From positions 352,346,001 to 352,410,000 of the forward strand of contig OZ024743.1 of the NCBI GenBank assembly GCA_964016885.1: DNA of 64,000 nucleotides, written 5' to 3'. Shown one piece after another: positions 33,717 to 45,904 of this stretch. A program made the position numbers and the translations under genes. Every line of letters begins with the position of its first letter. Position 1 is the first letter of the stretch. This DNA comes from Eledone cirrhosa (lineage: Eukaryota). A model generated the notes under the pieces. The model was not told where the DNA came from. It worked only from the letters and a program-made list of their open reading frames with translations, and did no database searches.

Positions 33717-34745
33717 TTATGTAACATCAGATAGACAGTCCTTTCTGCAGGATATTTCCTGTCTCAAAAGTGATACATTTTGCAATGTCATAATGCTAAG
33801 ACAAATTCCAATTGTATCAAGGTGTTTCTGAAGGTTTTTCGTCACCAACCTAATTGTTCCAATTACAATTGGCACTACCTTTGCTTTCATATTCCATATT
33901 CTCTTGGCATCTATTTTCAAATCTGCATAATCTATGATTTTCTTGTGTTCTTTACCGTTGGTATGATGATCTGGACAAGCTACACTGATCAATAAACACA
34001 TCCTTACAGTACCTTTCACTCCAAAGCTATGTTTGGTCTTCTATGTTCAATTGTAGAATTGAAAGTCCCAAAAGTGTTTTACAGTCTTATTTTCTAGGAC
34101 CTTCTCTAGTTTGTGCTGATACTATTTCTCAGTGGTTGGAAACCCATATTTCTTGCATAGAGACCAGTAAAGATGCAAACATACTTTATTGTGATACTTT
34201 TTATATCCCCTTTATGCAAGCATGTCACAAGCACTCAGCAGGTATTACAATATCTATCAGTATGCATGTGTTTTTCTTTCTTCCATTCTTTGATTTATTA
34301 TGTCTGGACAGTTTGCAATGATTTTCTTGTCAGATTGTATAAGCATATCCCATATGATTGCTGCCAGGCTATTTTTGTAATTTCAATAAGCTTTTATTCA
34401 ACTAAATAGATAAAGAAGAATAATTAGAATGTTATAGAGAATCACTACAAAATACAGTAACTATGAAATGTTATTAAGTAATTATGGCATTCTTGCTGCA
34501 GTTGTCTTCAAGTTTGCTTCACATCATTGGATCTTAGATTCAATCCCACTATGTAGCATCTTGAGCAAGTGTCATTTATCACAGTAAGTGTCATTTATAC
34601 GAATCTGATTCTCCAATCAAATTTATTCTTCTCACATAATCCGTTGCTTTTCTGAATTGCCCATGTAGCATCATGCCCACATATGCAGTTTCATGTTCAT
34701 TCTGTACATTTTCTTTACTTTTGCCACCAGTGTTAGTTCCAAACA
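33717..34745 (-). mobile_element. R4/Dong-type RLE LINE remnants
   Basis: CLLISVACP...KIIDYADL...IW...VVPIVIG restriction-like endonuclease remnant. Confidence 0.7.
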
Positions 34746-34747
34746 AA

Positions 34748-34945
34748 TTGGATTGGCAGTAGCGGTAGAGGGTCGGACGCCATGCTTTGCAGCAAAGAGT
34801 TACGGCCCTTTATGATCTGAGTTCAAATCCCGCCAAGGTTAACTTTACCTTTCATCCTTACGGGGTCAATAAAATAAAGTACCAGTAATACAGTGGAATA
34901 ATTGCTGGCCTTGTGCCCAAAGTAGAAACAATTATTATTATTATC
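34748..34945 (+). mobile_element. tRNA-derived SINE
   Basis: Same family; its tail abuts a Dong-type 3' end. Confidence 0.92.
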
Positions 34946-34949
34946 ATTA

Positions 34950-35830
34950 TTTTTCTTTGAGTCTCAGTCATTGATGTTATTTAACTGGAAAGTTTGTTGA
35001 AATGAATATCAAGCCGCTACCTGCAGCTTCAGATATTCAGGACGTATCGGAGGGTTCTTGCTGCTCCCAGCAAGCATGCCTTTTGAAGTGTTCCAAAAAG
35101 CAGCCCTAGACTAATCTTCTTTAACCATCCTTGGAAACTCTTTGCGCCTATGCCATGGCAGTTCCAAATCCTTTTTAACTCCCACTTTAAATCCTGGTAT
35201 TGGTTAATTTTCTCCCTCTCCTTTTCTTGCACTCTCGTGTCAAATGGGCAGGCTACATCTACAATGAGGCACGATCGTTTTTCCTTGTCCAAAAGGAAGG
35301 CCTATTGTCTTCTAATTTCTTGTCCGTCTGTATCCTAAAATCCCATAGCACCTTCACCTGATCGTTTTCTATCACTGACTCTGGCTTATGCTCATACCAC
35401 TTCTCAGAATGTGGTAAATTGTTTACTTTGCATAGATGCCAGTGGATCACTCTGCCTATCATATCATGTCTCCAGCCTTGATAGTGAGTCTGGGCTAGGT
35501 GTTTACACTCAGATAGAATGTGAGCCACAGTCTCCTCTCTCTCTCCACAGATCCTACACAGTGGGCTAGCCTCCTCCTTGTCAATATGGTGTTTCACCCA
35601 CTTCATTCTGAGGGCTTGCTCTTGTGCAGCCATTAGCATTCCTTCTGTAGCTTTTTTAAGGTCTCCTCTTTTTAACCAGTTCCATGTCTGAGGATCTCTA
35701 AATTCCGTTTTCTTAAAGAAGGTACTATGAAGAGATTTTTCATGAAGGTTGCTCTTCCTCCTTGTTGTTATTTCCTCCTTGGACATCCCCTGGTCTATTG
35801 TCTTCTCCTTCAGTACAATTTTGAGCATTA
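34950..35830 (-). mobile_element. R4/Dong-type LINE 3' part (CCHC finger plus RLE)
   Basis: CRICGEREETVAHILSEC, RHD, WD, IVDVACPFD, K..QYQDL; (TAA)n tail on its own strand. Confidence 0.9.
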
Positions 35831-35835
35831 TTATT

Positions 35836-36217
35836 ACAGTATTGGTAGAGGTCGGAAACATAGAGTTACGGCCCTTTCCATTCTGAGTTCAAATCCCGCC
35901 GAGGTTAACTTTGCCTTTCATCCTTACGGAGGTCGATAAAATAAAGTACCAGTAATACACTGGGTAATTATTGGCCTTGTGCCAAAAGTAGAAACAATTA
36001 TTATTATTATTATTAAGGCGGTGGATTGGCAGTATCGGTAGAGGGTCGGATGCCATGCTTTCCAGCATAGTTACGTCCCTTAACAATCTGAGTTCAAATC
36101 CCGCTGAGGTTGACTTTGCCTTTCATCCTTACAGGGTCGATAAAATAAAGTACCAGTAATGCACTGGGTATTTGCTGGCCTTGTGCCAAAAAGTAGAAAC
36201 AATTATTATTATTATTA
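35836..36217 (+). mobile_element. Two tandem SINEs (35836-36015, 5'-truncated; 36016-36217)
   Basis: Two copies of the B-box, core and tail, joined by (ATT)n. Confidence 0.92.
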
Positions 36218-36672
36218 CTTTGATATTTCAGTCATTGATGTTATTTAACCAGAAAATGTGCCCTTATGAACATCAAGCTGTTATCTGCAACCTCAGATAT
36301 TCAGGATGTATCGAAGGATCCTTGCTTTTCCCATTAGGCATGCTCTCTGCAGTGTTCTAAAAAAGGGGACTGTGCTAATGTTATTTAACCAGCCTTGGAA
36401 GCTCTTCAAGATAGTACCTAGTGTTTCTATGATAATGAGGATGACCTTGATCTCATGACAGTCCCAAATCCTTTTCAGTTCCCATTTTAGATCCTGGTAC
36501 TTGCTAATTTTCTCCTTCTTTTCTTGCACTCTTGTGCCAAAGGGACAAGAATGAGGTAATTTGTTCAGTTTACATAAATGACAGTGAATCACTTTTCCTA
36601 TGATATCAAACCTACATCCTTTATAGGGAATCTGGGCGAGGTGTTTACACTCAGATATGATGTGAGTCACAG

Positions 36673-36716
<44 letters not shown>

Positions 36717-36848
36717 AGATCCTACAGAGCAGGCTAACCTCGTCCTTGTCAATATGGTGTTTCATCCACATTATTCTAATGGCTTGCTTCTGTGCAGCCA
36801 GTAACATTCCCTCTATGGATTTTTAAAGGTCCCCTTTGTTTAATCAGT
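36218..36848 (-). mobile_element. R4/Dong-type LINE 3' fragment with internal deletion
   Basis: THIISECKHL...KISKYQDLKWELKRIW. Confidence 0.85.
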
Positions 36849-36870
36849 TATTATTATTAATATCATTTTC

Positions 36871-37054
36871 ATGGTGGATTGGCAGTATCGGTAGAAGGTC
36901 GGACGCCATGCTTTCCAGCATAGTTACGTCCCTTTACGATCTGAGTTCAAATCCCGCCGAGGTTGACTTTGCCTTTCATCCTTACGGGGTCGATAAAATA
37001 AAGTACCAGTAATACACTGGGATAATTGCTGGCCTTGTGCCAAAAGTAGAAACA
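36871..37054 (+). mobile_element. tRNA-derived SINE inserted into a Dong tail
   Basis: 18-bp TSD ATTATT(A/T)ATCATTTTC-type with one mismatch (36853-36870, 37055-37072). Confidence 0.9.
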
Positions 37055-37072
37055 ATTATTATTATCATTTTC

Positions 37073-39730
37073 TTGGAGTCTCAGTCATTGATGTTATTTA
37101 ACTAGAAATTTTTTCAAATGAATATGAAGCCGCTACCTGCAGCCTCGGATATTCAGGACGTATTGGAGGGTTCTTGCTGTTCCTAGCAAGCATGCCTTTT
37201 GTATTGTTCCAAAAAAGGGAGCTGGACTAATCTTCTTTAACCATCTTTGAAAACACTTCGAGATAGTACCTAGTGCTCCTATGACAATCAGGATGACCTT
37301 GATCTCGTGACAGTTCCAAATCGTTTTTAATTCCCACTTTAAATCCTGGTATCAGTTAATTTTCTCCTTCCAATTTTCTTACACCCTTGTGTCAAATGGG
37401 CAGGCTACATCTACAATCAGGCACAATTTTTTTTTCTTGTCAAAAACCAGCAGATCAGGCCTATTGTATTCTAATTTCTTGTCTGTCTGCAGCCTGAAAT
37501 CCCATAGCACCTTCATTCGATCGTTTTCTATCATCAACTCTGGCCTATGCCCATACCACTTCTCAGAATGTGGTAAATTATTTAGTTTGCATAAATGCCA
37601 GTAAATCACCTTTCTTATTATATTGTGCCTCCATATTTAGAGTGAGTCTGGGCTAGGTGTTTACACTTGGATACGATGTGAGCCACAGTCTCCACTCTCT
37701 CTACACAGATCCTACACAGTGAGCTAGCCTCCTCCTTGTCAATATGGCATTTCATCCACTTCGTTCTGAGGTCTTGCTCTTGTGTAGCCATTAGCATTCC
37801 CTGTGTAGCTTTTTAAAGGTTTCTTCTTTTTAACCAACTCCATGTCTGTGGATCTCTGAATTCCGTTTTCTTAAAAAAGGGGCTATGAAGGGATTTTTCA
37901 TGAAGGTTACTCTTCCTCATTGTTGTTATTTCCTCCTTGGACATCCCCTGGTCTATTGTCTTCTCCTTCAGTACAACTTTGAGCATCGGCTCCCTGCACT
38001 CAGACACATATTTTTCCATCTGAACACAGTCCTCTATGCTGATAAGACCTCTTCCACCTTCATATCTCTTTAAGTAGAGTCTATCAACATCACTCCTCTT
38101 GTAGAACATGTTGTAGATAGTCAATAGCTTCCTTGTCTTCCTATCCATTTCTTTTTGTTCAGTAACATTCCATTTTAGAATTCCTGCACTGTACCTAATA
38201 ATAGACACAGCTCGGGAATTTACTGCACTTATGACATTCCTACTATTTAGATGTGATTTTAGTATGTTCCTTACTCTCCTTATTTATTCAGATCTTATCA
38301 ATTCCTTCATTTTATTGTTCTTGATGTCATCTGCCTCCAGAACACCCAAATACCTATATCCTTCTTCAGTGTTGATTTCCTTTATCATCTAACCCATTGG
38401 TACTTGGATTCTGTTGCTTCTGTTCAATTAACCCCTCTCCATCACTAGGACTGCACATTTATTAACACCAAATTCCATACATATATCATTGCTGAAAATA
38501 CAGACAGTGTTAAGAAGTACATCCAACTCCTTCTTGCTTTTCCCAAAGAGTTTTAGATCATCCATGAAGAGGAGGGGATTAATGGTAAACTCTCCTCTTC
38601 CCAGTTTGTATCCTGTTTTCACTTTTTGCAATATGAGGGACAAGGGTATAATGGTAAGGACAAACAACAAAAGGGACAAACTATCACCTTGGAAGATACC
38701 TCTCTTGATTTTTACTCTTCCCCAGGGATTCTCCACCTGATGTTAGCTCTGTCACTCAGGTCGTCATACTATTACTTGATAACTGTCTGATGTTGTCTGC
38801 CACCTTGAAGATCTCTAGGCTTTTGGTTATCCAAGAATGAGGAACCATGTCAAATGCCTTCTTTTAGTCTATCCATCCCATGGCAAGACCAGTATGCTTC
38901 TGTTTGCAGTTCCTTATTACCATCTTGCAATAAGTAAATGGTCTTTTGTACCACAGGACTTCTTGCGGACTCCTATCTGTTCGTCCGGCAATAAGTTGTT
39001 TATGTGGAGGTTATAGTAGATTTCCTCAGACACAATGCTTGTTAGCAGTTTCCACATTACAGACAGACATGTGATAGGCCTATAGTTGGTAACATCATTA
39101 CCCTTCATTCGGTCTTTCATTACCTGAACTGTGGTACCTTTTATCAACCACTCAGGGACTTCACTTGACACCAAGTAGTCATTGAACATGGCTGTCAGTT
39201 TTGGGTGGAGAGACGTTATATCTTTTGTTCAATATCCTTGCACACCATCTGGGCCTGGTGAATTCCAGTTGGTTAGTTTTTTGGCCTGCTTTTTAAGAGT
39301 TTCAGCTGTGATACTTAAATCAGGTCGTTGGTGTGTTTGTTCACTAATTTCCTTTTTAACTGTCTCAATCCACACTGCCTGACTATTATGTTCAACATCC
39401 TGCTCCCATATTCCTCTCCAAAATGCATTGGTCTGTTCAGCTTAAGGGATCGTGTCATTACCTCTTTCTTTCCCTTCAAGCTGTTCAAATAATTGTTTCT
39501 ACTTTAGGCACAAGGCCAGCAATTACCCAGTGCATTACTGGTACTTTATTTTATCGACCCCGTAAGGATGAAAGGCAAAGTCAACCTCGGCGGGATTTGA
39601 ACTCAGATCGTAAAGGGACGTAACTATGCTAGTTCAAGCTGTTCAAATAATATCTTCTGGTTGTTCATGTGGTTCTGTCTATACTGACTAACTATGTTCT
39701 AATATCATTTAATCTTTGCACATTTTGCGA
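37073..39730 (-). mobile_element. R4/Dong-type LINE (RT plus RLE), decayed, interrupted by a SINE
   Basis: YRPITCL, GIFQGDSLS, LFMDDLKL, YKYLG-like, GGRGL, RPD-IVDVACPFD. Confidence 0.92.
39494..39632 (-). mobile_element. 5'-truncated SINE with 19-bp TSD
   Basis: TSD TTCAAGCTGTTCAAATAAT at 39475-39493 and 39633-39651. Confidence 0.93.
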
Positions 39731-39733
39731 TAA

Positions 39734-39775
<42 letters not shown>

Positions 39776-42290
39776 CATGTTCTCCCTCAGGATTGGTCTT
39801 AATTCCTGGTATAGTCAAAGTAGTGGACCACATCCAGTGGTCTTAAATATCATGATGCTGTTTCCTTCTTTTCAGTTTGTATCTAATACCTTTCGTATTA
39901 TCCTAGATGTTTCAGTAACATTTCTACTGTAAGATTCAGGTTTAATCTTTTTAATCTTTCCATCAAAATTCTTTGTGATCCTCCCTGAGGTGCCAATGAC
40001 TACTGGTATCATTTCCACCTTTTACATCCCCCCCCCCCCCCCCCATTCTTGAAAATCATACTTTAGGGAGCCATAATTTGTGCACTTTTCTTCTTTTTCT
40101 TCTATGTGAGTATCAAATGGACAAGCTGGATCTATCAACTGACACATTTTGTTTTTCGTTTCAATTACAGTGATGACTGACCTATTATGATCTAGCCATT
40201 TATCAGTTTATATGGACTAATCCCATAAAATCTTGTAGTCTTCTGATTCCAATACTTTCTTCGGTTAGTGCATATACCATTTGCCTGCCTTGTCAAATCT
40301 CCACTTCTTACAGTTTTCAGTGGATTTCTATGGCCACATTATCATGTATCTCCTTGTATTCATTTTGAGCAAGTTTCAGACACTCTGAGATAATATGAGC
40401 CACTGTTTCAACTGCACCGCCACACAATCTACACAAAGGAGATACGTTTTCTCCATGTACTGATTTTTTATGTTATTTGTGCAAAATGCCTGATTTTGTG
40501 CTGTAATTATTGTGCTCTCTGTTTCCTTTTTCAAATATCCCTTCTTTAGCCTTTCCTCCGATTTTATTCCTCTCACTTCATCTGTTGCTTTTCTGAACTG
40601 CCCATGTAGTATCTTGCTCTCATACACTGTTTCATGTTCATTCTATATCTCTTCTTTATTTTTGCCATCAGTGTTAATTCCAAACAAATCTACTCTGTTC
40701 ACTGCCATCAATAACTCCTCTCTGGGCAGGCATAAATATTGCTCTAGCCCTTCCATTTCTATTCTAACACAATATTCTATCCCAATCAAACCTTAGCCTC
40801 CATTTGCTCTTTTCACATATAACCAGTCCACATCTGTCTTTAGGTGTTCCATACATTATCAGCAGCTTCCTCATTTTGCAATCCAAAGCCCCCAACTCTA
40901 CCTTTGCCCAGTCTATGATGCCAGCACCATATCTAATGATAGACTGCTCTTGAGTTGATAGCAGAGATAATATTTCCACCATTGAGTTTTGATTTTGATA
41001 TTGTCCTCAATCATCATACATACTCTTTGCTTGTCTGATCCTCTATCTCTTCATGCTGTATTCCATCTGCTTCCAATATTCCAAGATATTGATATCTTCT
41101 TCCTTCTTCTATGCATTTCATCATGTTACCATCTGGTATTACAATTCCTTCTCTCTGAACAACTTTTCCCCTCTTCATAACCAGCGTACAGTGCATTTTG
41201 ACAAGCCAAATTCCATCTTTATATCATCTGAAAATATCCTAAGAGCATTTACAAAGCTGTCTATTTGATCTTCACTTTTCGCAAACAATTTAAGATCATT
41301 CATGAAAAGAAGGTGATTGACCCTTTCTCTGCCCTTCTTTTGTTCATAAAATATCTTTGTCTTCCTCAACATCAGTATCACTGAAATCATCTCTTCCACA
41401 AACAGCAAGGGGGACAAACTGTCTCTTTGGAATATACTAAGTTTTGTCTTCACCTTTCCTAACTTTTCATTGCCAGTGACTAGTTCAGTATTCCACTATT
41501 TCATACTCTCCTTAATGAACTGTCTCATATTTATTGCTGCTCCACACATTTCCATTGATTTTTCAATCCAACTGTGAGGCACTATATCATACACCTTGTG
41601 ATAATATACCCATGCAACTCCCAATGATGTTAATCTCCTCTTACAATGCTTCACTATCATTTTGTCAATCAGTAATTGATCCTTGCTGCTTCTACTTCTT
41701 TTTCTGCATCATTTCTGCTCCAAACAAGTTTTTCTCCTCTAAATCTTTGTACAATTTTTCAGCTAATACACCTGTTAATAGTTTCCATAACAGAGGTAGA
41801 GAAGAGATCAGTCTAAAATTAGACACCATATTCCCCTTTTTTATTTCCTTCACACATAGTAATGTTCTCCCAGTTACCATCCATTTTAGCACTCTATTTT
41901 CATGGAGACATACATCCAGTTACTTTGCTACTCTACTGTGTATTGAGGTCAAATTCCCTGAACATCATCTGGTCCTGGGCTTTTCCATTTAGGCATTCTC
42001 TTAATTTGTTTCTTCGCACTTCCTAAATCAATTTTTACATTTTCTTGCAGCTCTATATCATTCAAATCTTCCTCTGTTTTTTCCAACCTTTCTGCATTCT
42101 CATTGTGTCTTTCTGACTGATCCCATATTCACTCCACTCCAAAATAACCTACTTTATTCTGTATCAGGTACAACATCTTTCTCATCCCTCCAATTTATCA
42201 AACAACTTTTTCTAATTTGATTCAAATAGTCAATTCTGTCTATACTAATTTATTCTGTTGTCATATCTTTCAATTTTTGCTCCTACAGTT
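39776..42290 (-). mobile_element. Older R4/Dong-type LINE, decayed
   Basis: IFQRDSLSPLLF, HLLFMNDLKL, YQYLG, KKETES remnants; 3' end abuts (ATT)n at 39735-39775. Confidence 0.85.
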
Positions 42291-42619
42291 AAATGCCCTA
42301 CTTAACATCAACCATTTCATAGATTGTTCTCAGTGCATTTTATCATGACGCCAACACTAAACAGCTTGTTGTGTTCTCATCAAGATTAAAGAATTCTCTT
42401 TACCTTATGTTATCTCTGTTTGTTAACAATCCACTTTACAGAGTGTACCTGATGCATTTATCATAGCACCACTTTACATTTCACATGCATTTTCACTGTT
42501 AACTATTCCAGTGCATCCATTGCACATACTAAGTACAGCATATTTTATTTCTATCTACTTTTTTGCTGCATATCAAACATGCCTGTTTCTCTGTGGTATC
42601 AGAGTTCTATCTTTTCTTT

Positions 42620-43160
42620 CTTCTTCCTAAAATTCTAGTCTTTTCTAAGTTTATTCTGAGGCCCTTTGATTCTAGCTTTTGCTTCCATGTCTGGAATTTC
42701 TTCAATAATTCTTCAATTGATACTACTATAAGAACTAGGCAAACAGAACACAGGACTTCCCATGAACAGCTTGTTTTAAACTCCTTTGTTATAACCAGGT
42801 TGACTTTAATAAATTGGGTTGATGGGAAGAAGTTAGATGGTCTTACCCTTTTGCCTTGGGTAAGAGGTAGATATCTCATTCAGGATAATCACACTTAATG
42901 ACTCTTTTGCTCCTTCACACATCGTGGATGCTGTGGTGAAGGTGTAGGTCACTAGACCCATAGCTGAAAAGAATACAATTCTAAAATACCAGGAATTATC
43001 TGCAAACTGGAATTTGAGATGTTTGAGGGAGCTAGGCTGCTGATTGCAAGGTTCTTGTCATTGTTGCTGGTTTACTTTACAGATGTATCAGGTGGTTCTT
43101 CCAGTGTCTTAGCCTCATTATCACCAGTGGCAATGCTGAAAATGTGTTGGCTTGCCTAAA
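42620..43160. mobile_element. RTE fragment (minus) fused to a CRE-like RLE fragment (plus)
   Basis: FQTWKQKLESKGLRINLEKT on minus; DGKKLDGLTLLPW.RG on plus. Confidence 0.55.
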
Positions 43161-44728
43161 GAATTATTAGAGGGAAACTCCAGCACACCACAGGATATTG
43201 ATATATTCTCTGTTTAATGTTATCAGCTGGTTATTGTTATCTAAATGGTTTTGCTCTAAAGTGAACCCAGTAAATGGTTTCTATTGTAATAATATTTTTT
43301 AGAATTCTTTTTAACACCAGGGGAATGGTAAAGTGTAAAGCAAATACTTTATAGCATTTAGCTCCCCACCTCCTTCTACATGCTGAATTCAAACAGAACT
43401 GGGTATAGCTTTGTTTTTCATCTCACCCAGACATCAACAAAATGAATTCCAGTTATCTGCTGTGGAACAATTCAACAGGCTCTATCTCCTTTCCCCTCAT
43501 AAAAAATTTCTAGTTTTGTGCCTATATGAAACAGAGTATTCCTACACCAAAGCTTTCCAAACTTTTCACATTGGCAATGAAATTTAAAAAGTAAAAGAGA
43601 AAGAATAAAAGAAACAGAAAACAAAGGAAGAAATTGTTATCAAAGATAATACTTGTTTACCTCATCGTACTATATAGCTAGTAAAAATTATTCCATTGTA
43701 TTTCATAAGACTTTCAGTCATAAATTACACATAAATCACAATTGCTAAATGGTAACATGAAAATTTTGGTTCAGAATAACAGCTACTATGTCTGCTTAAA
43801 TAGAAAAAAGATTTATTTTTGTTTTTTAGCTGTATTGTTGTTGTAATTTATAGAGTTAGTCTGAAAGAAGAGACTTGGTGATTACCTTTGCAGGCCCTCT
43901 AACACTGGTCAGATTAGAGGGAGTGGATGTTCAGCTTGAACAGCAATAAGTTAACGACTATATGAAAAACATAGGTGAGAAGGAACCTTCAGGCTATTGT
44001 TATTCTGAGGAAGAAAGATTAGACATTTTTCTGAAAGATTCTCTTATTTTGTCTCCATATAATTTTTTAATTTTTATTTATGTATGAATGTGTGTGCACT
44101 TGAGTGTATGTGTCTGTACAAGAGTATATGCTTGCACACATATAACTATATATATATCACCACAAAGCATTCTGTCTGATGATTCTCCCAATTTGCTGTC
44201 CTATATACAGGCAATAAATGGAAGGAATCATCAGAAAGAAGGCTTGTGGTATTTATTCTCACTGTCTGTGAGAATAAATACCACCTGGTTTGCCCACACT
44301 ACGGCTTATGGAGGCCCGGTCTGCCTTATGCAGTTGTTTCCAATTCAGAGTCACTGCTCTCCAAGACGGTTTGCCTTCACTATGGCTTCTGGAACCCATG
44401 TCTACTTTGTGCAGTCATTCATATCTGGAATCACAACCCTCCTAGATTTCCCACTCAAAAAGCTTCAGAATGCCTTGATTGCCTTTCAAGGTGTTTTATT
44501 ACAGTCTGCAGATTTGTAAGTCAACATTTGTCATGTGATATTAGACATATGACAGGGTATATCTGAAAAGCAATGGGCCGAAAGGTGGTGGATGGGAGTT
44601 GAAGAGATGGGATATGGTGAACACGTCGCTAATACACCAACTTTAAAAGCAAGTAAGATAGATAGTAAGATATATGGAAGACATTTATGAAGTAAAAAAT
44701 ATACTATAATATATATATATATACATAC

Positions 44729-45593
44729 AAGTGGAAAGTCAGTAAAATCGAAGTTATGGCAGTCAGCCAAACCCACAATATAACAATTCAGATTTGCACG
44801 AAGCACTCAATAAGAATGTATCTATAAATCGATAGGTTAAACCTTAGAGTAAGTAACATACGTTAAATAGCATGACAAATTGAAAACTGTGGTTAGGAGA
44901 CATAGCCACAGAAGCCGCCACAACAACGAAAATACAATCAGGTTAAATAACAAACCTGGACCGTATCGAGGGGTATTAGGCAATATCCTTGATTGGTTTC
45001 TCTGAATCCAAAATCAACAATCCTAGTTGCGCAATATGCAAGTTTGTGGTATTTGAAAACTGAAACAGAGACTCACTTTATCAACAGGTTTCCGTTCTGG
45101 GCCTAAAGCCGGTGTGAAGCGTAGCAGTAAACCACTAATAGTAGCAGACACTGTTTCGCTGTCACATGTTTACTCCCCACCAAGGGAAATAATCTCTGGG
45201 TTTTTGGTGGGCAAATTCAAAGTGTGAACAAAGGAATTGATTCCATTCAACATACCGAATAAGAAGCTCTCAACTAGAGTTATTAAACAAACATAAATAA
45301 ATAATTAATCAATTCAATTATCTAATTTAATTAATTAATTAATTAATTATTAGATCTAGGAGATAATAATATAAGTGGAAGGTTAGTAAAATCGAAGTTA
45401 TGGCAGTCGACCAAACCCACCAAGTAATAATTCGGATTTGCACGAAGCAGTCAATAAGAATGTATCTATAAATCGATAAGTTACACCTTAGAACAAGTAA
45501 CATACATTAAATAGCGTGACAAATTGAAAACTATGGTTAAGGGACATAGCCACAGAAGCCGCCACAACATTGAAAATAAAATTAGATTAAATA
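44729..45593. repeat. Pair of about 220-bp diverged direct repeats (44729-44949, 45373-45593)
   Basis: AAGTGGAA...GCCACAGAAGCCGCCACAACA repeated with period 644. Confidence 0.85.
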
Positions 45594-45904
45594 TGAAAGA
45601 GTCGGGACCCCAACAGCTGAGCTCTTGCTGTTTCAACAGCTAATTCCAAACTCTTTCTTTTTTTCTTCATATATATATATATTTCATTTGCCTTAACTAG
45701 AACATAAAGAACTCTACACCAAACCAATGTTATCCATGAACTGAAGCAAACACAAATCATAACCTGACAACCAACCCCACATACCACTTATACCATAAAT
45801 TAAATTCAAACATGTCCTTGAAAACCAAACACCATTTTGGTGGCCTGATTTGACGAGATCAGCTCCTTTCTCCTTTCTTTCCTTCCTTCTCTTTCTCTTT
45901 CTCT

